Both the position numbers and the translations under genes were made by a program. This document shows positions 34,723 through 45,196 of a stretch of 64,000 bases of DNA, in pieces. Location of the stretch: the IMG/VR virus record IMGVR_UViG_3300028840_003906, one strand, 5' to 3'. Under the pieces are notes generated by a model. It was not told the origin of the DNA. It did not search any database and worked only from the letters and a program-made list of their open reading frames with translations. The stretch's first letter is position 1, and each line of letters opens with the position of its first letter. The DNA is from a virus.

Positions 34723-36087
34723 ATGGGTGATGCGTTTGAGAAGCGCGGGGATCGCTGTTTTCTGAAGGGCTCGAAGCATGACGTCGAGATCTTGGAGGAT
34801 CTGACTGGGTTTTTGACCCCGGTTGGGGATGTAAAGGCAGACCCAGCGAATCCGAGGAAGACGGTCCTGATCGGGGATCTGGTCGCTGGCATTCGGAGAT
34901 TTGGGATCCGGTGGCCGATTCTCGTGAACAAGAGGACCGGGATCATTGAGGCTGGGCATCAGCGGTTGTTTGCGGCCCAGGAGCTGGGTCTTAGTCATGT
35001 TCCTGTGATATGGGCGGATGATGATAATGTCACTGCGACGAGCTTCAACATTTCGGACAATCGTCTCGGAGAGATTGTGGCCGAGTGGGACGACGAGGCC
35101 CTGGCCAAGCAGCTGAAGGCAATGATGGATGATGCCGACGATGCGCTCGACGCGCTCGATGGACTCGGGTTCGACGAGGAAGAGGCTTCGTGGATGATCT
35201 CCGAGTATCTGGACGGCCAGGGAGGGGGCACGGAGCCGCCCGAGCCGCCATCCCCGGACGAGGTTCCGGCTATCACTCAGCTGGGCGACGTTTGGGAGCT
35301 GGGGCCGCACAGGTTGATCTGTGGGGATTCTACCCAGAGGGCTGTCCTGGACAGGGTTCTGGATGGCGAGCAAGCAAAGATGATCTTCACAGATCCTCCG
35401 TACAATGTGGCGTACGGGAACGGTGCGGTGAAGATGGACAAGCACCGGGAGATCGAGAACGATGATCTGGGTGAAGACTTCAGGCCGTTCCTCCTGGATG
35501 TGATGCGCGCGATGCTCCCGGTGTGTGAGGGGGCGATCTACATTTGCATGTCCTCGTCGGAGTTGGATACCTTGCAGAGCACTTTCCGGGAGGCCGGGGG
35601 GCACTGGTCCACGTTCATCATCTGGTCGAAGAATACGTTCACTATCGGGCGCTCGGACTACCAGAGGCAGTACGAGCCAATCCTATATGGATGGCGCGAG
35701 GGGGCAAAAGGAAGGCACTGGTGTGGGGATCGGGATCAGGCTGACGTGTGGCACTACGACAAGCCGAAGAGGAACGACATCCATCCGACGATGAAGCCGA
35801 TCGAATTGGTCGAGCGCGCGATCAAAAACAGCTCCCTGCGGGACGACATCGTTTTTGATTCGTTCATGGGGAGTGGGACCACCATCATGGCTGCCGAGAA
35901 GCTTGGACGGCGTGGGTATGGGGTTGAGCTGGACACTCGGTACTGCGATGTGATTTGCCAGCGCTACCATGAGATGACGGGAACATCCCCGGTGCGAAAG
36001 TCGGACTCGGCGAAGTGGGCTGAATTGGCTCTGGATCAGGACGTCAAGACCGGCAACCCGAAGAAGAGGAAGCCCAAGAAGGAGTAG
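34723..36087 (+). CDS. ParB-N domain plus N6A/N4C DNA methyltransferase fusion
   Basis: DPANPRK...GIRRFG...PIL...IEAGHQRL (ParB-N); FTDPPYNV, HPTMKP, DSFMGSGTT. Confidence 0.92.
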   Translation: MGDAFEKRGDRCFLKGSKHDVEILEDLTGFLTPVGDVKADPANPRKTVLIGDLVAGIRRFGIRWPILVNKRTGIIEAGHQRLFAAQELGLSHVPVIWADDDNVTATSFNISDNRLGEIVAEWDDEALAKQLKAMMDDADDALDALDGLGFDEEEASWMISEYLDGQGGGTEPPEPPSPDEVPAITQLGDVWELGPHRLICGDSTQRAVLDRVLDGEQAKMIFTDPPYNVAYGNGAVKMDKHREIENDDLGEDFRPFLLDVMRAMLPVCEGAIYICMSSSELDTLQSTFREAGGHWSTFIIWSKNTFTIGRSDYQRQYEPILYGWREGAKGRHWCGDRDQADVWHYDKPKRNDIHPTMKPIELVERAIKNSSLRDDIVFDSFMGSGTTIMAAEKLGRRGYGVELDTRYCDVICQRYHEMTGTSPVRKSDSAKWAELALDQDVKTGNPKKRKPKKE

Positions 36088-36089
36088 GA

Positions 36090-37178
36090 GTGCCGAGCGA
36101 GATCCTCCCTGCCCCGAAGATGGGGGTGTGCACGATATGTGGCACGTCGATCGATCTGAACGAGCTGCCTGGGGGGACGTGCATTGCGCACTTCGGGAGA
36201 ACTCTTCTCGATCTTTGTTGGAAGGCTTTCCCGAGCAGGCATTTCAAGGTTCACAAGGCGTTCAACCCTCTCGTCAAGTTTTCGGGTATCATAAAGGCGG
36301 AGAAGCTTCCAGTTGGGGTCCGGGAGTGGGTGTTCGCTAGAACGTTTGGTAGGGTTGGGATCGCTGCAGAGTTCGTTTTCTTGTTGCCGGGTACATTTGA
36401 TGAGCAGCCGACGGACGAAGAAGTCCTTGAGTTTGCGAAGGCGCAGATCGAGGCTGATCACCGGTTCGTTCATCTTCTTGTTGAGAGGATCATGCAGCGC
36501 GATCCATCGGAGTGGATTGCAGAGAGTATGGTTGGGGTGCCGGTGTTTGACCGGTTGGAGATGAGCGATTGGGACACATCTGTGATGCCGAAGATCACGA
36601 ACTTGAAGCGTGCGATTCGGTATGTTGATGAGATGTTCGGGGTGCCGGAGAAGATGCAGAAGTACCGCGCGGACCTTGAGCGAGAGCTTTCGCGTGCGAG
36701 AAGGATCTACGAGGACGCTTCCAAGAAGAAGCAGGAGGCCAACGAGGAGAGGAGCTTCTCCGCTGTGTTCAATGTGATTTCTCCTGCGCTAGACGAAGTG
36801 GATCTGCAGAGGTACCAGGAGGGGAGGTTCTCGGAGGAGGACGTCATCTTCTTCCTAAAGAAGGTGATGCTTGATCCGTTGGACTCGGAGTTCGAGAGGG
36901 TGGACAGGGGGCTCATGTACGGGATGGAACACGATGAGCTTTGTGTGGGGGCTCCTGTTGAGTCCGAGCAGAAGTACGACGGGTCTTTGACCCGGGAGGA
37001 GTTTGTCTCTTTGGAGGCGATCCGGGATGTGTTTGGCAGCAAGTTCGAGATATCGGTGCGGGAGTTCTCAGTCGGTTGTTCGGATTGCAAGGCCGGGGAC
37101 AGCGTGAGGTTTGCCAGGGTTTCTGCTGTTGTTGGGAAGCATCGTTTTTATGGGGAGTACATTCTCGGAGACCGTTGA
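36090..37178 (+). CDS. hypothetical protein
   Basis: 362-aa ORF in + strand chain. Confidence 0.6.
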   Translation: MPSEILPAPKMGVCTICGTSIDLNELPGGTCIAHFGRTLLDLCWKAFPSRHFKVHKAFNPLVKFSGIIKAEKLPVGVREWVFARTFGRVGIAAEFVFLLPGTFDEQPTDEEVLEFAKAQIEADHRFVHLLVERIMQRDPSEWIAESMVGVPVFDRLEMSDWDTSVMPKITNLKRAIRYVDEMFGVPEKMQKYRADLERELSRARRIYEDASKKKQEANEERSFSAVFNVISPALDEVDLQRYQEGRFSEEDVIFFLKKVMLDPLDSEFERVDRGLMYGMEHDELCVGAPVESEQKYDGSLTREEFVSLEAIRDVFGSKFEISVREFSVGCSDCKAGDSVRFARVSAVVGKHRFYGEYILGDR

Positions 37179-37309
37179 CAAACTGGCCGAATTAGTTTAT
37201 CAGAATGGTTCGATGGTCGGGTTTTGATTCCGGCATGGAGGAAGTGGTGTTCCAGAATTCGGTCAACAAGTATGTCGGAAGCATTCTCTTCTGATGTGGT
37301 GGAGGTGAG

Positions 37310-37993
37310 ATGCCTGGATCGAAAATGAAATCGAGCCTGTTTACGAGAGCTGTGCGCGAGAGGCTGAAGCGCGGGATGAGCAGGACTGAACTTTCGGGGA
37401 TTGTTGGGTATCCCGTTCCTACTGTTTCTGCTTGTGAGTGGCTCGGGTGTGATGGGCATGACACGGCAAGTCCGGACTGTATGGATATGATTGCAGCGTT
37501 GTACGGGATGGACACAGAGGACCTTTTTCCTATCAGTGGCTCAGCCATGAAGAGGTATGGGATCCCGGATTTTGATGTCATTTTTGATGATGGATTGCTT
37601 TTTCATGACAGTATGTCCTCTGACTGTGAGGTGCGCGAGATGCTTGAGATGTCGTTTGTTGGGTATTGCAACTTTTACAACTGGGATGAGTATTGCGTAG
37701 GGTTAAATAGGCATTCCCGGTACGCCAGGAATCTTGGTATTTCCCGGCACGCCAGGAATCTTGGTATTTTAATTGACAGAGTTGTATTCAGAAAGACGTT
37801 GAGTGAGATTGGAGATGAGCACGAGATTTCGAACGATCGTGTTAGTCAGGTTGTTAAGAAGGTTCGGGATGAGATGCCTTGGAAGCTGCGTGCTTTGTTC
37901 GGGGATGACTTCTTGCGTGACGCGAGAGAGCATCGGATGAGCGACTGGACACCGATCGATTTCGATCGTGAATCAATGATGCTAACCCGATGA
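37310..37993 (+). CDS. HTH protein with sigma-70 region 4-like C-terminus
   Basis: N-terminal GMSRTELSGIVG HTH; C-terminal KTLSEIGDEHEISNDRVSQVVKK. Confidence 0.55.
   Translation: MPGSKMKSSLFTRAVRERLKRGMSRTELSGIVGYPVPTVSACEWLGCDGHDTASPDCMDMIAALYGMDTEDLFPISGSAMKRYGIPDFDVIFDDGLLFHDSMSSDCEVREMLEMSFVGYCNFYNWDEYCVGLNRHSRYARNLGISRHARNLGILIDRVVFRKTLSEIGDEHEISNDRVSQVVKKVRDEMPWKLRALFGDDFLRDAREHRMSDWTPIDFDRESMMLTR
37714..37767 (+). repeat. in-frame 27-bp tandem duplication
   Basis: TTCCCGG(T/C)ACGCCAGGAATCTTGGTAT x2, giving SRYARNLGI-SRHARNLGI. Confidence 0.9.
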
Positions 37994-40553
37994 TCAAAAG
38001 AGATGATCATGCGAAAGAGGCTGGATGCGGAAGTAGCTTTAGAAGGGTGATCTGACATGCAAGACGGATTTTTCACACACAAGTTTGAGGGCGTCGAGTT
38101 CACGATGAAGTACGAGGCTCTTGCCTTTGCGTCTATGGTGAGCGCGCGCGAAGGATTCAGGTTGATCCAGGTCCTTTACGAGAATCACTTGTACACGGTC
38201 TTGTTTGAGATGGAGGGCAGATTCTCTACGAAGGACGTGCAGAGGATGGTGCGGGAGATCAGCTTCAATGCACTGGCGAAGAGGCAGAACATGAAACGCG
38301 CGATCGAAGAGATCAGGAATCCGCGAGGAGATCAGCAAGATGAACAATGAGAGACCTCTCCCGCATAATGCGGTGTTGATCGGGGCAAAGAACTGGGATG
38401 AGTACGAAGAAGAATGCAACATGCAGGGGTACAATTACTTCAACAGAAACGGTGACTACATAGAGAACTCACCCCATGTAGAGACATCTGACGCAAAGCT
38501 ATTCGCAGGGATCTTTGCAGGGGTGATCGGGTTGATCCTCCAAGCAGCATTCTGGATGATAGTCGCCATGGCTGTACTCTACGTGATCAGAGAGCTTGGG
38601 TAGATCCAAACCTGCTGTTGACATAACGAACAAACAAACAAAAAGAGTTGACAAATGGAAGAAAACGACAATAAAAAGAATAACACGCCTGACGATCTAT
38701 CTATCGAACTGGCCCAGGATACCCCTGAGGACTCAGAAAACTCAGAAAACCTCTGCGAAACGGATGATTTTCTTCTCCCAGAATTTACGCCCGAGCAGAA
38801 GGCGGAGGCCGAGCAGCACTTCAAGGAGTGCGTGGCGAAGCTGAAGTCGGAGCATCCAGGGGATATCGGTATGGTGAACCTGCTGACGGATTCCTTGGTT
38901 GTCAGGGCAGTGGCTGCGTGGCCCAACGTGGAGAGGGACGTGCTGTATGATGCCACGAGGACGGAGAACCCCTGGGCGCAGATCTGGTACGCGGCAGAGA
39001 CATGGATGATGGCGGCGAGGATCCCGAAGGATCATCGCGAGGGGGTGAGGGTTTGTGTGATCCAGAATCACCTGGTGTACCCGGATGGGGATATCCCTCA
39101 GCCGGTGAAGGCATTTTTGGCTCAGGCAGGCAGGGATCTGCTGGGTCTACCACAAAGAGGTGGGCGATGAGTGTCTCGGAAGAGCAGAAGAGGAATGCAA
39201 AATGGATCGGTCTCGGGTTGGCCTGCACGGCGACGAGTTCTTTCTTCATTTGGGCTATTGATGATCCCGACTGGTTCACCTGGGTGGGGCTGGGAGCTGC
39301 GATTGGGATCGTCGTGATCGGAGTTGCCTCTGCGTTCATCGATTGGAGGAAAGAGAATTGCAAAAGGGGAAAAGGGTGATGTCAAGAGGATCCTCGCGCC
39401 ATGATCCAGAGAAGAGGCAGAACAGGTGCCCGGGTGGGGAGTGGACCTGTCCGTACTTTGATGGGGAATGGTGTGAGAAGATCCTTGCTCCCAAGCATGT
39501 TCTGACGAGTTGTCGAGGGGACCGTCATAGCTGCAAGAAGCAGATGGTCCGGGATGATCGTCACAGGTGGAAAAAGAGATAGATATGATGAAGACACGGT
39601 ACGTGAAGAGCTTTGGCCGGAGGGACGGTCTCATTGCTGCGGGCGATCCAGATGCTGAGCGATGCGTCGATTGCGAGAACTCCTTCGATGTCCCGCTTCT
39701 GTGCAGGGAGTTCGTGGATGCGGTTGGCAAGTACGAGTACTGCAGCATCGTGAGGAAACGGATGGAGCACAGCGGTGCTGACAAGAGGTTCTGTGAGAAG
39801 TTTCGTCGAAAAGGTGAGGCCGAGGCTGAAGAGGAACCGGTGGTTGTAGGGAGGGGAGCAGGTGCGAAGCGCGGAGTGCCAATCCTGGCCCAGATCTTCG
39901 CTTTCTTCAAGTGTGGCGGATCCGGAGTGCACGTCCGGGCTCTGCCGGAAAATAAGGAGGATACAGAATGATTATGGTTGCGTTTGGTGTTGTGGCAACT
40001 TGGGTGATGATTGTCCTGGGTGGGCATCCGGTGCTTTTGGATAAGGACATGGAGAGCTGGAATTATGTGATCCTTGTTCTTTCTTTGTTCATGGGATGGA
40101 CGACGATCCAGGCTTACAAGGTGAACAAGGTCGCCAAGCAGTATGCTGCTGAAAAGAGGACGGTGTGTGATGATCGGCGCGAGATGTTCGGCAAATGGCC
40201 TATGCCCGAGCCTGCCATCGTCATCTACCCCAAGGAGGTCTCCGAGGATAGCTGGATCGTTGAGACCAACTACTATGACGACAGGTGCGGTGGTGGCTTC
40301 ATTGGGCGCGGGAAGACCAAGAGAGAGGCGATGAAGGATCTTTGGTCGTTCTTGTACAAAGAGGAGGGCGGCGATGAGTGAGTCGATATTTGACAAAAGC
40401 GTGGAGGAGCTTGCGGATGCTCGCCGGATGATCAGAGAGGGATCGGATATCCTTGGTGAAGCTTGTGTTCGGTATGTAGATCTTCGTCGCAAGAACGAGA
40501 GGATGGCCGAGGAGATCGAGAGGTTGGAGGCTCGGGTGAAAGATCTGGAGAAC

Positions 40554-40569
40554 GCGAACTCAAGTTCGT
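40554..40569. promoter_or_regulatory. palindrome copy 7
   Basis: GCGAACTCAAGTTCGT, inside an ORF. Confidence 0.8.
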
Positions 40570-41284
40570 CCTGTCCATCTGATGGAAGTGCTCGGCGGAC
40601 AGAGGAGCGTGCTCTTCGTGCGTTTGCTCTGTGGCTGGATGGCATAAATGGGCCGATGAAGGTTCGTGTCAGAGGTGAGGAAGGGGGGGCGCCGTACGAT
40701 CGGGAGGTTTCCCTCTCGGACGCGGTGACTGACTTCCTGGCGGAGCTGAAGGAGTACCCGCAATGAGCGATCCAAATCCGGTATGGAAAGACGGTATGCC
40801 CCGGTGCAACCCATCTGAGTGCGATTGTGACTTGAAGCCGATCTGTTTCCCGTACAGCAGGGAGCATGGCATGTGCGCGTTGGCTCTTCTTGAGGAGGGC
40901 CGGAAGAATTTCATCAACCTGACGAAAAGCAAGCGTGTCGTCCAGGAGTTGTACGACGAGGTCATCAAGCTGAAGGAGAGGATCAGGAACACGCCACAGG
41001 TGGTCCATCTGACGCGCGAGGACATCGATGGGGAGGTTTGGTTCTGGGATCCGGGCGGGGAGAACAATCTCGAATCCATGGGTGAGGACATGAAGGTCCT
41101 GATCTGCGCTCGGGATCTGAGGAAGTTGGTGGGTGAAAGGTCTGATGGGTATCGCTACTGTGATGTGTGTGGCGAGAGGATGACTCTGGACCAGGATACC
41201 TGGGTTTGTTTCCACGATCACAGCGAGATGTATCTTCTTCACTGTGATGAGGAGACGGGGAAAGTGAAGAGGATTCCATTGGAA

Positions 41285-41300
41285 ACGAACTCAAGTTCGC
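41285..41300. promoter_or_regulatory. palindrome copy 8
   Basis: ACGAACTCAAGTTCGC, inside an ORF. Confidence 0.8.
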
Positions 41301-42679
41301 CTCTGGAGGATCCGGCGCCGCACTTCTGCAAGAAGGATGAGCTTGTCGGCGAGGAGCATGATCCGTCGAGCGATCCGTTTGCACCTGGCGGGGATGGGCC
41401 TGTGTTGAGCGAGCAGGACATCAAGGACGCCATGGAGGAGGGCTGGAAGGCTTACAACGCTTTGAGGCCAAAGCCTAAGAGGGGTAGGTTCTGAAGTGTG
41501 GAGAGCTGAATGAAATTGCTTTTGGCCGTGATTGATGTTGTATGGGACGCCCTGGATGTTTTGGATTGGTTCCTGTTGTGCTGGCCGTTGGTGTTGGCTC
41601 TTTGCGTGGAGGACAGGATCTTGAAGGAGAGCAAGATGAGGAGGAGGTGGGAATGAGTTATTGTGCAACGATGGTTTTGAAGAAGGGCGATGTTTCCGAT
41701 CTGAAAAAGTACAAGAACTCGTGGGGGTTCTTCGCGTTTGTCTGGGACAAGCTCTGGGACAAGTACATCGAGAAGAAGCACGAGTATGACAACTGGCTCA
41801 GTGCCGGTGCGACAGGTGACACGCGTCTGTGGGATCTTCATGATGACGATCGGCTCAAGGACTACGAGCGCCAGGTGTTGAAGATGACCCTCGACTATGC
41901 TGCTGTCAGGTTTGAGGATCTCCAGAATGCTGCGGATGCATTGTGGGCGTTCTTGCGGAAGTATCCGGCGATGGATCGCGTCTGTCATCTGGAGGGGATC
42001 GCAGACGATCTGGTGGAACTTTCGGAGTCGGGCAGCACGGATGTCGTTGGGGTCGGTTTCTACGGGACGTCGGTGGTGGAGAATCCTTGGTATTCGTACG
42101 ACGAAGAGTTGGATAGGTACACAGGAGTCGACATCACCGATCCGGATGGTCCTGGGTGGTTTGTTGATTTCTCGGGGGATCAGGATGAATCCTCCGATTC
42201 GTGACGCCAGGTACAAGTGCTGCTCCTGTGGATGGCGCTGGAAGGGCGTACGAGGCCCGGGAGGGGGTCCCTGTCCGAAGTGTGGCAGTCTGTACTGGGA
42301 ATGGACCAACAGGGGTGCCTCTCGGCGCGGTGGCGGCAGGAAGCCAAGGAGGAAGAGGTGATCGACAAGACTATATCTGACAAAGTGGACTGCGTGCTGA
42401 AGGTCTTGATGGCGAATCGGCCGGGAGATGCGATCGAATACCTGACGGCGATCAAGGAACAGTCCGCCGAGATGGAGAAGGAATTGGAACGTGCGAAGCA
42501 GCAGCAGTGCTCTTGGGCGACAGGCCCTCATGATGATTCATGCGACATTGTGAAGGGGCTGGAGAGGCAGAGGGATGCTGCGCGTTCGGAACTGTCGAGG
42601 ATCAATGAGCGTGTTGACGATCTGGAGCAGAAGCAGATGATCGCAAATGGTGTATACGGGCCTATTGATGATGATTAAC

Positions 42680-42695
42680 GCGAACTCAAGTTCGC
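42680..42695. promoter_or_regulatory. palindrome copy 9
   Basis: GCGAACTCAAGTTCGC, gene junction. Confidence 0.85.
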
Positions 42696-43262
42696 TCTAC
42701 AAGGAGGAAGAGATGGAAGAAGAGCTGTTGATGTGGTGTCCGCATTGCGAGGACATGGAAGATGTGGGTCCTGGGCTTTGCTGTGTTGAGTGTGGAACTC
42801 CGATGGTGATCAAGCATTCGTACGCAACGAACATGATTCAGTCTCTTCGGAAGGCTGAGCGTCAAAGGGATGAGTTGAGGAAGTCTCTGCAGGGGGCGAA
42901 TGCTTCGCTCCGAAGTGTCAAGGAGGCGATTCTAGAGATCGAGCAGGACGGGTGCAAGCAGGAGCACCTGAAGAAACTGCACGAGGCTCTCCTGTGATCG
43001 CAGAATTCTTGATGCACGTGGCCGGGTTCGATGCGATCTGGTACGCGCATCCCGGGAAGTACAGCTTCTTCTCGGATGGCCGCTGGCACGCAGGACACTG
43101 GTCTGGGCCGGACGGGGATCTCGTGTGCGTCAGAATGTGCGCAACGAAGGAAGTCGCCGAGAAAAGCCTGTCTCCTGGCTCTCACACCGTAGTTGGAGCG
43201 CTCTTGAAGGCTTTGGTTGTCAGGAGGCACCCTGAGGTCGGGCGGATTCTTTGGAGGTGAAT

Positions 43263-43278
43263 GCGAACTTGAGTTCGT
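43263..43278. promoter_or_regulatory. palindrome copy 10
   Basis: GCGAACTTGAGTTCGT, gene junction. Confidence 0.85.
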
Positions 43279-43290
43279 TTTTGAAGGAGG

Positions 43291-43698
43291 TTGCAGGTGG
43301 ATACACCGATTCCGAAGCGGATACTTGAGATGGCGGAGAAGTACGATGTCAAGGTTTCCCGGGACACTGAGATGTGCGACAGGAACCAGGCTGCGTATGC
43401 GCACGAGATCTGGCTTGGTGAGTTCGATGATCCCGGGATAGAACTCGCGGCATTCTTTCACGAGCTGGCGCATCTCAAGGCGAACAAGATGGTGATGAGG
43501 CGCGGTTCGTCCCTGTCTCAGCTGTCCTGCGAGGGATTGGCCTGGGAGCTAGGGTTTGGCCTCGCCTTCGAGAACGGGTATCATTGGGGGTACGACAGCA
43601 AGCAGGCGAAGTATGCCCGCAAATGTCTGTTCAGCTACCTTGGTCATGAGGTGACAGAGCAGGAGATTGAAGAAGTGGAGAAGAACGATGAAGAGTAA
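43291..43698 (+). CDS. putative HExxH metallopeptidase-like protein
   Basis: AFFHELAH followed by CEGLAW. Confidence 0.5.
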   Translation: MQVDTPIPKRILEMAEKYDVKVSRDTEMCDRNQAAYAHEIWLGEFDDPGIELAAFFHELAHLKANKMVMRRGSSLSQLSCEGLAWELGFGLAFENGYHWGYDSKQAKYARKCLFSYLGHEVTEQEIEEVEKNDEE

Positions 43699-44528
43699 AG
43701 TCGTTGTGAAGATGAAGGATTCGTATCACGCGAGGAAGCTCGCGGAGGCCCTCAAGAAGTGGCTCAGCATGTCGGATGCTGGTGGGGATGCGCACCTGGC
43801 GTTCCTGTCTGGACGTGGAGAGAAGCCCGTCGACATGGGCTTTGTGGGGCACGATGTTCGAGTTGGAGACGTCTCTGTGGAGGATGACGAGGAGAAGTAG
43901 TGTGTGGTTGACGAGGGTGTTTGATCTTTTGTTTCCTCCTCCAGATGTTGGCCCGGACCCAGAGGAGCTTCGGAGGAAGCGGGATGAGAAATGGGAGCGC
44001 CGCAACAAGGAGCCATACCTGGAGAGAAGGCTGAGGATCCGGAGGATGTTGAAGGATGCTTTCGTGGAAAGAGGTGATCTGGATGACTGATGTTTGGGAG
44101 AAGAAAGAGTTGACTTTGCTGCAGAAGGTCTTCGGTCCTCCGCTGATCCTGTTCATGGTTCTGGCGTCGTGGATGCATTCATTGGTGAAGTTGGCGACGT
44201 TTAAGCTTCCATGGAACCAGTTCGCGTACAGGATCTTGTACCCTCAATTCTGGCTCGTTCGTCCGCACTTCATGTGGAGACAGGTGCAGGATGTCTGCGA
44301 CGTGTTCGTCGGCCATGAGCTTTCGGAGACCGAGTGGGGATACGGTGGAGGAGAGTACGCGGATCTGCACTGCCGGTGGTGCGACAGGTGCTTCCAGGTT
44401 CGGCTTGAGGATACGTACGACAAGTTTCCTCACGCGCGACAGATGGCCTGGAAGATGAATCAGCTTGGTGGATGTGAGAGCAAGGATGAAGCGGTGAAAG
44501 AGATCCGAAATTTCGCTGACAAAATTGG

Positions 44529-44557
44529 TTGACAAACGCTCTTTTCTGCCACATTAT
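44529..44557 (+). promoter_or_regulatory. sigma70-type promoter
   Basis: TTGACA 44529-34 (overlaps stop), 17 nt, CATTAT 44552-57. Confidence 0.6.
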
Positions 44558-45180
44558 GCTGTGAAAGATGCCTGGCGCGATGCTGGGAGGAGGGTTTCGA
44601 TGATAGTTCAGATGAAAAGGTTTCGAGAGTGCGAGGAGTCTTTGTTGGATCGGGAGGCTTACGAGGATATCTTCGGCCCATGTGATGGGAAGCATTGTGG
44701 TGGTGGACCTTGTCGTGTGCAGAAGGACAAGAGTTCCAGTGTTGAAGATAAGTCGCTCCATGATCTTCTGAGAGAACAGGAGGAGAAACTTGGGTGTCGT
44801 ATTGTGGCAACGTCTGGGGACTTCATCCTGTTCGGCAAGGAGTACCTAGATGAGTGAGAGGTTCTACGAGAAGGTTTGCGAGCTGATAGAGAAGGGCTGG
44901 TACCTTGAGTTCGCCAGGATCGATGATGACATTCAGGTAATAGCGACGTCAGGTAGCACAGAGATTTGTATTTCGGGGGGTGAGACCCGGGGTGTCGTGG
45001 ACGACCTGCACAATCGAATTACACGCCCGGATGCGCATGCTGATGTTGTTGTTGTCTGCCTGAATTGTGGGGGGAACGGAACCATGGGGAGCGATCGTGT
45101 TGAATTGGGGGAGATCAGGGTGTGCCCCATATGCGACGGCGACGGGACGCTCGATATGAAGAAGCACAATCTGGAAGAAG

Positions 45181-45196
45181 ACGAACTCAAGTTCGT
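45181..45196. promoter_or_regulatory. palindrome copy 11
   Basis: ACGAACTCAAGTTCGT, last codons of an ORF. Confidence 0.8.

Larger units (their letters stand above)
38057..43260 (+). other. array of short hypothetical ORFs (38057-38350, 38340-38603, 38655-39170, 39167-39379, 39585-39971, 39968-40381, 40374-40766, 40763-41494, 41653-42204, 42358-42678, 42714-42997, 42994-43260)
   Basis: Overlapping start/stop coupling on + strand; no family recognised. Confidence 0.55.

Noticed and set aside
39122-41242. 706-aa and other long minus-strand ORFs (e.g. 2481-4124, 21744-23168, 29246-30625, 32072-33361)
   Set aside because: They are antisense shadows of coupled + strand genes, with no motifs or RBS; high GC makes stops rare on the opposite strand.
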